Assembly: GCA_000165425.1 (NCBI GenBank)
Contig: CT868585.1
Coordinates: 186,001-250,000 of the forward strand
Source: Paramecium tetraurelia
Taxonomy: Eukaryota
Direction: 5' to 3'
Length of the DNA: 64,000 nucleotides
Shown here one piece after another: positions 44,133 to 57,209 of this stretch; positions within the stretch are counted from its first letter, which is position 1, and each line of letters begins with the position of its first letter. Position numbers and translations under genes: made by a program. A model generated the notes under the pieces. It saw only the letters and a list, made by a program, of their open reading frames with translations. It ran no database searches and was not told the DNA's origin.

Positions 44133-44774
44133 ATGCAACGATCCTCAATTTAATAAATAGTTTAGAAAATTAGTATGTTAAGCGACAAAGAGTAAGTAGA
44201 GTTCTTGGGTAAAAAACCACCAGCATGTACCAAAAGCACAATAGAGAAGCTTATGATGAACTTTTAACAAATTTCCAGGAACATTGATGATTTAGATTAG
44301 GATTTAAATCAGTTGGCTAAACGCCTTGATTATTTGGAAGTAAGCCAAATTTGATGAGTTTTGTTAGGAATCAATCACAGAACATTACACCCTCGTTTAA
44401 CCATAAAAATAAGAAACCAAAAAAAAACGTAGAACTGCCAACCTCATCAAAAGAGATTTTTAAGTACTTTTTTTTTATATACCCAAATAGTGTCCTTACG
44501 AAAAATGTGACAAAATATATGGAACTGACATTTCATTGAATTTGCATATAAGACTAAAACATAATGGAGGATCAAAAATTGAAAGAGAAGAATTAGCAGT
44601 AATCTAAATGTGTTTAAATTTTAGAAAAAAATATTAGAAGCAAAATTTCAAGACGAAGTAGAGCCAGAACACAGTTTTAATCTGCCTCCTAATTTCATTG
44701 AAGATTTCTACATACACCATCAGGAATATATAAATAATTTAGAAAAAGCTTACAATAAGAAAATATTACTTTGA
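44133..44774 (+). CDS. C2H2 zinc-finger protein
   Basis: KKKRRTANLIKRDFQ CPYEKCDKIYGTDISLNLHIRLKHNGG; three introns. Confidence 0.85.
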
Positions 44775-45295
44775 TTATAATTAAAAATATTAATTATTAT
44801 AATTCATTAACATCAGGCAATGCATCTCTGAGGTTTCATATCGAGGTTAATTCAATATAACTCAATCAGCTCCAATAAAATATATTTTTAAATAATAAGG
44901 TGAAGATGAAGTTTTAAATTTTAATTAACAATTTTTCTATTATAATTATAATATTAATAATTTTCCTTTAGATTATTAAACAAACTAATATTAACAATGG
45001 TATTTTTAATATTAAATTATAATTTCTGTTTCAAGCACACTCCTGAATATTAATCTTAACAGAATCATTCTATCTTTAAATTATGATCATTTAAACAGCA
45101 TAACATGTCATGATAATTGGACTCTCATTTTGCAGAGTTATTTACTGACTTAATTTGACTACAATATAATTATTCACTTGCTCCTATCAAATATTTATTG
45201 AATTATTTATCATATTGCAGACGGTGGATGATTAATTAAATTTAGATCAAGTTATTACATAATATAAATGCTTGCTAAGAATAATTATTATTAAA

Positions 45296-47876
45296 ATGAA
45301 AATAAATTTATCAACTTCAAGGAGGCTTTAAATTTCAATGATCATTTTGCTCATATTCCATTTTATCAGACTGCTATTGTTATATAGAGAGAAAGACTAA
45401 TATATCACTTTTATGATGGTTCTATTTATCTTGCAAATTACTCTAGAAATATTATGCTATTCAAAACAAAGCCTCTTTCACCTATTATTATAATACTTCA
45501 TTATACTTGCAGATTTAATTGTTTTTCAAATTGAGTCCCTAAGATATGGATTTAATGATGCTCATTAAAATTTTGTTTTTATAATAATTATTTATGCTTA
45601 AGGTGATCTACATAAAGAGAAGAATCTAAAAGCATCATGGTAATTTGTTAAATACTCTCTTTTATTATTGCTTTTTCTGTGTTTTTAATTTGAAGGAGAA
45701 TTTGAGGAGAAAAATATCAAATTAAGTTTGAAATATTTAAGCCTAATAAACTACAAATTACATATTTTACTTGTGGTTTTCTTACTCTTTGAGAACAAAA
45801 GTCAAAATGAGCCTTAGTTAAAAAAAATAGGATCTACACAAGGAGATCAATTTCGAATAACTTTTGATTAAAATGAAAATTAAATAAAACGCTGTTTTAC
45901 TTAAAAATCATCATCATCTCATGTGAGCGAAATTATGGAAGACTTTTAAACTGTAAGTAAAAGTGTTATCCATTAAAATGTTGATTTCAACTTGATTTTA
46001 GAAGCACTCCAAGAAGGTGTGATTTTAGTTCATTTTGAAAAATCAGATGACCCTGCATATCCTAACCTTAAGGTGGAGTACTAAAATTAAATGAGCAAGA
46101 AGATGTTTTAGAAGACGAATAGAGAGCTTCTGCTATTATTTGAAAAAATGCCAAGTGAAGTACTCTAGGATGAATCTCCCATGCTAGCTAGAAGCTCTTT
46201 AGTATTATTACAGAGTTTTGCTTCCCAACAATACAAAAATATCAATAAAAAAACATCAGTATTGAATGCTGTTTATTCCCTTTCCTCAGAATCCAAAAAG
46301 GATTGTAAGGTAAATGGAATGTCTACTTAATCTCCAGGATATGGATCAATAACATCCTAAGTAATATTTCATCCTCTATAGCATAGCTTAATACAGTTTT
46401 AAAATGTCTGCTTTACGTTTTTACAACAAAAAAACTTAGATTTGAAATCAATGGAAAAGTTGAGGCAATGATTGTTGAGACAAATTTCGAGACTGACAAT
46501 AATAAAAAATAGATTGAATTAATTATAACTTTTGGAGGGGAAAATATTTTATTAATCATAGCTCGAGATGTGGTTCATAGAAAAAACATTAAAGAGTTAT
46601 TGGACATTAACTAATCGAAGTCTAAGACTCTATCCTTTGTAAGTCACGAATTTCGTTCTCCATTAAATGTAATGCTTAACATTTTGAGTGAATTAAAAGA
46701 AGCTTCCTTCTAGAACAAACATCTTTTTAAAAGTGTCTAGATTGTTAAAGAAAATGCTGCTTATATGTTAAATTTAGCTAATGATTTACTTGATTTAGCT
46801 CAGATAAAAGCGGAGACATTTAATTTAAATTTAAAAACCTTCAATTTAATACTGCTAGGGGAAGAATGTCTTGAGATGTTTAAACTCTAAGCAGAATAAA
46901 AAAAGATAGATCTTAAGATTTAAACAAATACGAGACCCTTATTTTTATTTACTGATAGAAATAGATTGAAATAGATTTTTATTAATTTAATTGCTAATGC
47001 TATGAAATTTACATAATTTGGTTCGATTATAATATAATTTGAATAAAAAGGATTATTGGTCGATGTTGGAGTGAAAGATTCTGGAATTGGAATTACAGAG
47101 GATCAATAAAAAAAGTTATTTAAGGCTTTTGGCAAAATAAAGGATGCTTAAAATTAAAAGCTAAATGAATAAGGAGTTGGTTTGGGACTATTGATAAGCA
47201 ATAAAATAGCCTAATAGTTATCATATAATAATTAAGGCTTGCAAGTGATTTCCAGTGGTGGTGCCGAAAAGAACCATGGATCATTATTTTATTTAACTTT
47301 AAATATATCGGATTTTCATTTAAAGGCAGCATCAACTAAAATAGAATAACTTAGCAATTCTATTGATTTTCCAATAACCTATTCTGGAGATGAGGATCTT
47401 TTAAACTAAAAGTTAGAGAGTTTCGATCACATTTTTTAGTAAAAAGTACTTGATAGAATGCCAAAACCATCATGTTAACATATATTAATTGTTGATGATA
47501 ATGTTTTTAATTAAAACATTTTAGAGATGCAAATATAATAATTGTAAGTTTGAATCTTAAATTTAGTACAAAATCTACAATTGATAAATCATATAATGGA
47601 TTAGAAGCTATTAAAAGTGTAAATACTAAAAAATGCAATGAATAATGCACTGGCTACGAAGCAATCTTTATGGATTTAGAAATGCCAATAATGAATGGAA
47701 TGACAGCTTCAGAATAAATCTTGAAGATCAAACCAGACATCAAAATATTCATTGTTTCTGGATATGATGATAATAAGTTGAAGTAAGAAGGTGAAAAGTT
47801 AGGGATCAAAAGTTTTATAATTAAACCAATTTTAAAAGACAAAGTGTAAAAGCTTATTTAAGAATATCAATTATGA
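45296..47876 (+). CDS. Membrane hybrid histidine kinase (TM-HisKA-HATPase-REC)
   Basis: H-box SFVSHEFRSPLN, N-box QIFINLIANAMKFT, G1 VKDSGIGI, G2 GVGLGLLIS, receiver ILIVDDN..IFMDLEMPIMNG..IKPI; start approximate. Confidence 0.92.
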
Positions 47877-47961
47877 TATTTTAATTTCTTTATTTTTATG
47901 TTATTCGAATTCAAATTTAACAAAAAAACTAAATTGTTTTTAGAACAATATATAAATATAA

Positions 47962-49541
47962 TCATTTAGTAAAAGCAAATTAAAATTAATCTTCTCTTTG
48001 TGTTTCATTGCGTTGCTAATCTAAAGAAAATGAACTTAATGGACTTAGTTCTTCCAAAATAGATCGTTGTTTTGGCAATTCAGGAGTGCTAGCCTTAGGA
48101 GCATAGATGGGAGTGCGAGTGACGATTGACAAATTCTTGCTATCCTTATTCATTAATTTTTGATCAGGACTGTTGTACGTATCTAAATAATGATCAAAAG
48201 ACTCTTTAGTAGGACTCCCTTGCCTAATGCATATAGATAACATTATCTTACATTTTTAGTAATAATTATGGAGCCATTTCATTCTAAAAAAAAATATGAT
48301 TAAGACATTGCGTTGCTGTATATCTTTGATCAGCATCCTAGGCTATCATCTTGAATCTAATTATAACATTTAAGTTTACAATAAGTCTCTGGCATCTGAA
48401 TCTAATTATTGGTATTTTTATCTTCTAAAATCAACCTAGAATTATTTGTTCATTCTCAGTATCTCCTAATGTCCATTTCCAATAAACAAACCTTCTCCCA
48501 AAAGCAATATATGAAAAATAACTCCAGCTGAGAAAATATCACATGCTGTTGTGTATGATTAAGCTTTGTCCATCAAATTAACAACCTCTGGGGCAACAAA
48601 GCCTGGAGTTCCACATTTTGGATAGAGGTAGGGATATGAATCAACTTTAACAGATAAACCAAAATCAGCAATTGTTAAAGCATTTATATTCCCCTTTTCT
48701 TTGAAGAGAATGTTCTCTGGTTTTAGATCTCTATGCATGATTCCTTTAGAATGAATATATTATAATCCTGATAATACCTAATACATAATCTTAAATTTAA
48801 ATAATAATATATACTTTCTAGACTTCCTACCTGCTGTACAGGGTCAACTTATTTTTCATCTCCTTGTATAAACTTCCTCCCTGAGCCAAATCCATTATGA
48901 GATATATGTTATTATCTCCTTCATAGACCTCAATCAAATTAATGAGTTATTCATGCGGACTTAAAATCCTCATGATTTAGATTTCATTCATCACCGATTC
49001 CTATAAATTTAAACTTGATTGATTACCATTCCCTATTCAATTGCCTACAGTTTTTTCTTGTCTATACATTTCGAAGCAAACTTTTGATTTGAGTGTAAAT
49101 GTTATAATTCGAGAACCTAAGAATAAATGATTCAAATTTATACTAAAGCATAATTCCCCTATCCAATCACTTGAATAGCCACATATTCCTCTTGAATCTT
49201 CGCCTAGAAGAATAACTTAGAAATATATTTTTTTAATTCACGAAGCACATCATCTTCACCAAAGTATTCCTACTGTGAATTTTCATTGTCAATTGTGATT
49301 CCCTTCAATTTTATTGGTTATTCTGCGGTGTATTTCCAAACTATTCTCTTAGTATTTTCTATATTAAAAACACGATCGGTTCTCTTACGATTCGATTCCT
49401 ATGAAATGAATTTACTCTCTATTTTACTTTATTCACAACAACTTTATCCACAAAGATATAAAAATATCTCGCAGAAGTTCCCAGGAACTTTTTTTTGAAG
49501 AGTCGACATTAATATAATTCATCATAAGATTTAGGAAACAT
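47962..49541 (-). CDS. CAMK-like Ser/Thr kinase with PH-like N-terminal region
   Basis: [41 protein letters not shown]; may extend in frame upstream to about 49620-49720. Confidence 0.88.
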
Positions 49542-50326
49542 TATAATTAATGATTATACCTTACCCATTGCAGCAAACACTTAAATCTACTCTTACTATA
49601 AACTTGTAGGATTTTCAGCATCCATTACCTTAGGTCAAATAGTTTATTTTGAGTATACTTATCTATGTAGATGACAGATTTCTCTGTAAATAATTAAGAT
49701 CATTTGGGTTATAATAGGTCATCCTACAGAAAAGATATGTATTAAGAATAAACAAAAATTAAACAAGATCTGAAAAACTCAAGATAATCATTTTCCCTAT
49801 ATTAAAATCAAATTAAATTGAGCTTACTATGTGTTCTGATGATACTTGAATATTTTGTTTATATCAATTTAGTATATCTATGCTTAGTTATTGCCTAATT
49901 TGTATCTAAAATTATGAACTTTTTTTATCAAATACTTATTCAGTTTTATTCAACATAATTTAAAGTGGGGTTCATTTAAAAAAGATGGATAATTGAATTT
50001 TAATAATTCTATTGAATGGTCAAATTTATATCTAACTGGTATTGCTTTAAATAAAATATGAAATTAATATTATACACGATACTAACAGATATAACATGAG
50101 ATATTTTTACATTTTTATTATATCTATATCATTTCAACCATTATAATTTCATTTACATAAAATTACTTTACTTTATAGAATTTAATAAGTATAATTATTC
50201 ATAGTTTTTATCTCAACAAGATTCTTTCAAACTTAAAAGCCATTAGCGCAAAAAGAATGATAGTACTTTCTAAAAAGAAATTTATATCTTGGAGATATAA
50301 ATTAATATTTAATATTTATTTGATTA

Positions 50327-51694
50327 ATGTCTAATTTTTATGAACAAGCAGAATTTTTAAATGGCGGAAAGTTGGCTCACTAATAAGAGACTAGGTTTTA
50401 GGATCAAGATTAATTGCCTCATGAAACGGAGAAAACCTTAAAGCAATTAGACTTAGAATTAGCAGTTGATGAAGAATACAAAGAAGCATTTGAAATAGCA
50501 AGGAGATTATTGAAATTCTATAAAAGCGAAAATTCAATAAAGAATGGGTAGTATTTTGCTGGTGCAGGTAATGAATTTACAATTATATCGAAGCATTGTA
50601 TTTTGGGTTCAGATGTAAAAATGCCCCTTACTTGCTGATAGAAATTTCAGAATTGATAAAGAAGGAGTCAGCAACAAAAGTGGCAAAATGTTACTTGAAA
50701 CTATTGAAATTTGTAAAATTAGATGCTAAAGTCCCATAAATTGTTCAATTAGCAAAAAGTTTATAATATATAGATCCTTCTATTTATATACCTAAGTTCG
50801 TAAGGCTATTAGAGATAAGGTATTTCAATCAATGTAAATCTTAGCCGAGATAAGCATAAGCAAATTGTTGAAACAGCTATGAAGTTAATTAAAAGAATGA
50901 TGTTGGATTGGATGGCTTATGGAAGAAGACCCTCATCACTGTGTGGAGCTGCATTGCTGATATCTGCTAGATTTCATGGGGAAAACGTGTCCACTTCTTA
51001 GGTTTGTAAAACTGTTCAAGTTTGTGATGAAACTATTAGAAAAAGATTGGCTGAGTTTAATCAAACAGGATTATCTCAATTGACAAGAGAACAATTTGAA
51101 TAAATTGAGAATATTGAAACTGGAATCCCAGGCCCTGTGAATGATCCTCCATCGTATAGAAGAATAAAATAATAGGAAGAAGAAATGAGAAAAGGTTTGA
51201 CAGAAGATGAGATTAAATCATTGGAAGAAAGCACCTTAAAAAAAGCCTTAGAAATGATAGAATTACTAAAGGTCTAGCCTGAGGTTTTCAAATAAGAAAC
51301 TAATTTAAAATAAGAAGATCCTGCTTCATTTTCTGAAGTAGTCAAGGAATAGAAAGATTGTGAAGTCTTATCTTCTTTGAGTGAGTCAGATGAATAAGAA
51401 TACATATTAAGCGAATAAGAAAAAGCATGCAAATAATTAGTATGGTAAACAATGTACAAAGAATACATCTATGATAAAATGAACAGAAATTAGAAACAAG
51501 ATAAATAATAAAAAAACCTATAGAGTGGAAATAAGTAATAAAACCAAAAACCTAAAAAATAAGTAAATGTTAAATAATCTTTTGCAACACCTTAAGAGTC
51601 AGTAACAAATAATTATCAAAATGATGGAATAAATCCATAAGCTGTACAAAATCTATTTTCAAAAGAACATGATTTTTTTTCATAGTTTAGTTGA
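50327..51694 (+). CDS. BRF1: TFIIIB subunit BRF1 (TFIIB-related factor)
   Basis: IDPSIYIPKF, MMLDWMAYGRRPSSLCGAALLISARFHG, VCDETIRKRLAEF, LTREQF, DPPSY, YILSEQEKACKQLVW (homology blocks I/II); two introns. Confidence 0.92.
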
Positions 51695-52439
51695 TAATAT
51701 CTAAGTTTAATATGTATATATCAGATCTATTATATCTTCACATATATATTTTCTGGATTTTATGAAATCATTTCTATTTTTTTATTTCTATTGTTAATAA
51801 AATTGGCTAAATTTATATTTGAATTATCAAGGTAATATTAATCAAATTAAACTTATTTAAGTTTTAGAAAAGACAGGTTACATAATGAAATAATTAAGTT
51901 ACTGTCAATCTATTTTTTAACGTAATATGAGTATAACCCTTCATAAATTAAATAAACAAATTACAAACTAATTCTAAATTGCATTACATTATATCTTTTT
52001 TCTCAAGATATGATCTATTTTAGTTAAACTCAAGGCTGATTTTTAATCTTAAGAAATATTGTTTCTAAACACAATGTATTCATTTAATAAAAACATAAAA
52101 AAAGAATTTAATTTAAAATTTATCTTATCCCAAATTCATTCCTATGAAAATTTAATTTTAATCCATTAATTTCATGTCTTGAAGAACTATTTTTTTTTAA
52201 ATTTTGTTCCAAAAAGTATGAAATTTTCTAACAAGATATTTAACTATTTGATTATAAAGTTTATTTAAATTTAGAATTTATTTGAGTACAAATTGCAATC
52301 TAAAATTTAAGCTAAAACTTATGAACTCTGTTTAAACCTTTTTAGTTAGTTATATTGAATCAAAGCATTATAAAAATTTTGAGAAGTTAATATAAAAAAT
52401 ATTATATTTTGAATTATATTTCACTTTATAATTAAGATT

Positions 52440-53016
52440 TCAATTAATGAATAGTTCTGGGTTTCTCATGTGATAATAGGGTTTCGTTATTTTCATAGAA
52501 CCATGTAGCATCACAAAGATGTAGAGTGGTCTTAAAAGATATCTGATAAAATAAAATAATTAATAAAAAAAACTGGACCAATTCGATTGAATTACTTCAA
52601 CTACAGTAGCATTCGATTTTGTATTAGTTATGAAAATAGCTACTCTTTCAATTACAACAATAATAAGCATAAGCCCACTTATTGCAAAGACATATATGAA
52701 ATCTCTAAATATTGATAGGCATGAATACCTGATTAACAGCTTAATCATTCCCAACTTTAGTGGCTACGTCTACCACATCAAAGTACAGAATAATACAAAA
52801 ATTATTCCTGTGATAATTATATGAACGGAGCTCATCCATAAAATTTAGGTCGATCCTTCCTTACTATCTTAAGATATTTGATTCATTGTAGTCGGTTCAA
52901 TAAATGATGACCAAATTAAATCAAATATTAAAAACACGTAGAAGATGCCTAATTTGATATAAAGAGTTCTCAATTCGGATTGTAAACTAATTTAAGAAAT
53001 GTTGTTACTCTCTCAT
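52440..53016 (-). CDS. TMEM138: Ciliary transmembrane protein TMEM138 homolog
   Basis: FLIFDLIWSSFIE, LMWQTQPLKLGMIKLLIRDF and QLFYFIRYLLRPLY..SMKITKPYYH align by eye to TMEM138 (YDLFVNSFSE; FFNTFVFQAGLVNLLFHKF; AVRLGDPHFY); two introns. Confidence 0.7.
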
Positions 53017-53704
53017 AAATATTAATTATTATAAAATATATTGATAAATTTGGTCATGCTCTAAATAAGTTTTAAACAATAGGTGAATTAACAATATCGA
53101 TAATATGGAATCCAACTCATCTTTAACTTTTTTTCTTCGATTTTAGAAGATCAAAATATTAATTAGTTGCTGCTTTCTAATATGTTATTACAGATTTACC
53201 TTACTATTAAAACTAAAAAGCATAATATGATTTTGAATTATTTTCTTTTAAATTTATAGAATTTTTCCCTTAAATCTAAAATGATTAAATCAGCTTAACT
53301 TATTTCTAGAACGAATAAATAAAATTTATTATAAATGAGAAGACTTTTTAATTTTTGTATTTCTGTCTAAAACTAAGATTATTTAGGACATATATTTAAG
53401 TAAATTCTTAGAGATATAAAAATTATATATTGAAATTAAATTTAGATAATTTGTAGGTTATAATTTATGATTATCTATTGATGAGCTCAATTTATGGAAA
53501 TAATTTAAGACCCGATTTCAAGCAGTTCTTTGTTTAGATATTTAGCAATTTCTGTTCGAAAAAATAGTTAATAGTTAATAAGTTAATAAACTATTTTTTT
53601 AATTAAAATCTAATTTCATTTTATAGAATAGGATTAGTATAGGTAACGAAATCAAAAATATTTGATTTTTAGTAGAAATGAAAATTAATATATTAATAGT
53701 TATT

Positions 53705-54907
<1,203 letters not shown>

Positions 54908-55277
54908 TTTTATTTATAATATATACTTAATATTGGAAATTGAAGAAATCTAATAATTCATTTTTTTTAGAAATAATATATTAAAATGAAAGCCAATACT
55001 TTGAATTTAAATAAAGTTAGAGTTATATAGAACAATCTTATAATAAATTTACATAGTTCTAATTTTGTCTATATTTTGAATAAATTTTGATTTTAATTAT
55101 TATTAGATTTTCATATCTAAATGGTTAACTCATGCTTGATATAATAAAAATATTTGATTGACTTACCCTTTAGGCACCATGCTGTTTTTATAATATTCTA
55201 AAATTGAATTCTCTAGAGTACCCTTATTTGTTATGAAGTGTAGAAATGAATATAAAATTATAGACATACTAATATTA

Positions 55278-55640
55278 TCATTTAGAACTATATATTGCAG
55301 CTAACCAGCATACAATCCCTCTCCAGTCTGAGCAGAGCATGGTTGTATATAACATTTTCTTTCATTATTTGGCAGCTCCAAAACTACTTTAATTTCTCAA
55401 CACTATATCTAACAATATCTTGCTTATTAGTTAAAGTCATTAGGGGAGAGCCTTTGTTTCCTTATAATTAAGAAATCTCATAAACTCTTATTTTGCTTGT
55501 GGTAATATACATAAATCGATAGTTGGGATAGTGAATTTTATCTCGTCTTCTAATTTTAGCCTATAGAGTATAGATGTTTTGCTAAATCCATCTAATCCAA
55601 TCATTATTACTCTAATGTACTAGTATTGGATTTGCCATTT
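55278..55640 (-). pseudogene. Arf/Arl pseudogene, decayed paralog of 22369-22911
   Basis: [25 protein letters not shown] joined directly to DL..LPQAKQE (switch region deleted), frameshifts near ETK/GSP and QF/LELP, no MG start. Confidence 0.85.
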
Positions 55641-55845
55641 TAATATGTTTCTTTTAAGAATAATTAGAAATAATATTGACAATTAAAAAAAAAATTTGCA
55701 ATTAAATAAATCTAAAAAAGACATAATGGATATGATTTAATTAAATTTAAAAAAGTATAATCAAAATTTATCAGAAAATGAGAAAGAATTATGGATTAAA
55801 TCCCTTTTAGCTCCGAAAATTACAACTTTAATAATAATAAAAAAT

Positions 55846-56481
55846 ATGGAATACATTAAATTTTTGCAAGATTCTTTTTCCCCTCAAAATTCCTAGGAAT
55901 ATGAAAGTAGAAGAGTTATCTCTGTTCCATATTCCTCGGAAGAGGATATTAGTATTTCTTCTCCATTGTATACTCAAGATTAAATTGGTAAAAGGGTAAA
56001 TTTAGAATATGAAGAAGGGGAATTAAAAATTATAGTTATTGAAGATGAAAACGTAGGCTCTAAGTCAAAAACAAGGAATGCTTTTATTTCCAAGAAAATA
56101 TATAAAACTCAATATTTGAATAAAACAAATTAAAAGCTAAGAAAATATTAGTCAAGAGAAAGAAAGGTTGTTTAAACGTATCCAGGGGAAAGTAAAAACA
56201 TCCCAAAAAATTTCACCAGAGCCTTAAAAGATTTTATACTCAATCACTTTGATTCTAGTGTATAACAAAATCCTTAAATTAAGAAGTTTTTAGATACTAA
56301 ACCAGAAAAGGCTTGCAAATAAACCTTATAGAATTCTTTGTAAAGTTGTTAATAACTGAAAAAAATTGCTTAGATGTTCTTTGGAAACCTAAAATGGGGA
56401 ACTATATTTTTAAAAGGAAACAAGGTTGACCTAGAAACATATTTTAAATTCAATTAGATTTGGTTTGAGTCTATAAATTGA
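55846..56481 (+). CDS. Ciliate-specific hypothetical protein (KNIPKNF family), paralog of 21471-22064
   Basis: YPGESKNIPKNFTRALKDFILNHFDSSVQQNPQIKKFLDTKPEKACKQ..FKFNQIWFESIN*; alternative in-frame ATG at 55726. Confidence 0.75.
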
Positions 56482-57055
56482 TCATTTATTGTTGATGTAT
56501 AAAAAAAAATTCAAAAATTTCAATAAAATAAAAATAATTCTACATATTTTAAACCAAAAAATTCTTTGTTTAATTTTAATTAAATCTATTAAGCATAATT
56601 TTAAATGGAACTCTAATTGTCATAATAGAATTTAGAATGAATCATGCACCAGTCAGTTCAGCATATCATATGCTGTTAAATAGTATTTTGGATCACCAGA
56701 AGTAATATCTTGTATTTAAGCTAAGGTGACTTTATAAATATTTGATATTTTCTCCTTAAATTTATACTTAACTTAAATATAGTATTTATAACTATAATAT
56801 ACTAACTTACTAATTTGTATTAAAATAATCTTGGGAAAACGGAATATATTCATTTAAATAATTAACTTAATATATGAATAATAAATATATTAATTTATTC
56901 TCAATCAAATTAATATTCTAATTTTGAAATATCTCATCGCTTAGAACATTGAAATTGATCCTAATTAAGACTTAAAACCTTACTAAAAAAGTTCAATAAT
57001 ATTCTTAAGGAAAATTTCAACCTGATAATTAGTTCCTAATAAATTGAAGATTATG

Positions 57056-57205
57056 NNNNNNNNNNNNNNNNNNNNNNNNNNNNNNNNNNNNNNNNNNNNN
57101 NNNNNNNNNNNNNNNNNNNNNNNNNNNNNNNNNNNNNNNNNNNNNNNNNNNNNNNNNNNNNNNNNNNNNNNNNNNNNNNNNNNNNNNNNNNNNNNNNNNN
57201 NNNNN
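57056..57205. other. Assembly gap (150 N)
   Basis: Run of N. Confidence 1.
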
Positions 57206-57209
57206 TAAG

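Noticed and set aside
52447..52824. Plus-strand ion-channel pore-like fragment (ITSTTV)
   Set aside because: It lacks GYGD and is the antisense shadow of the TMEM138-like gene.
56662..56678. Inverted repeat cagcatat-c-atatgctg
   Set aside because: An 8-bp arm with a 1-nt spacer is compatible with chance and has no supporting context.
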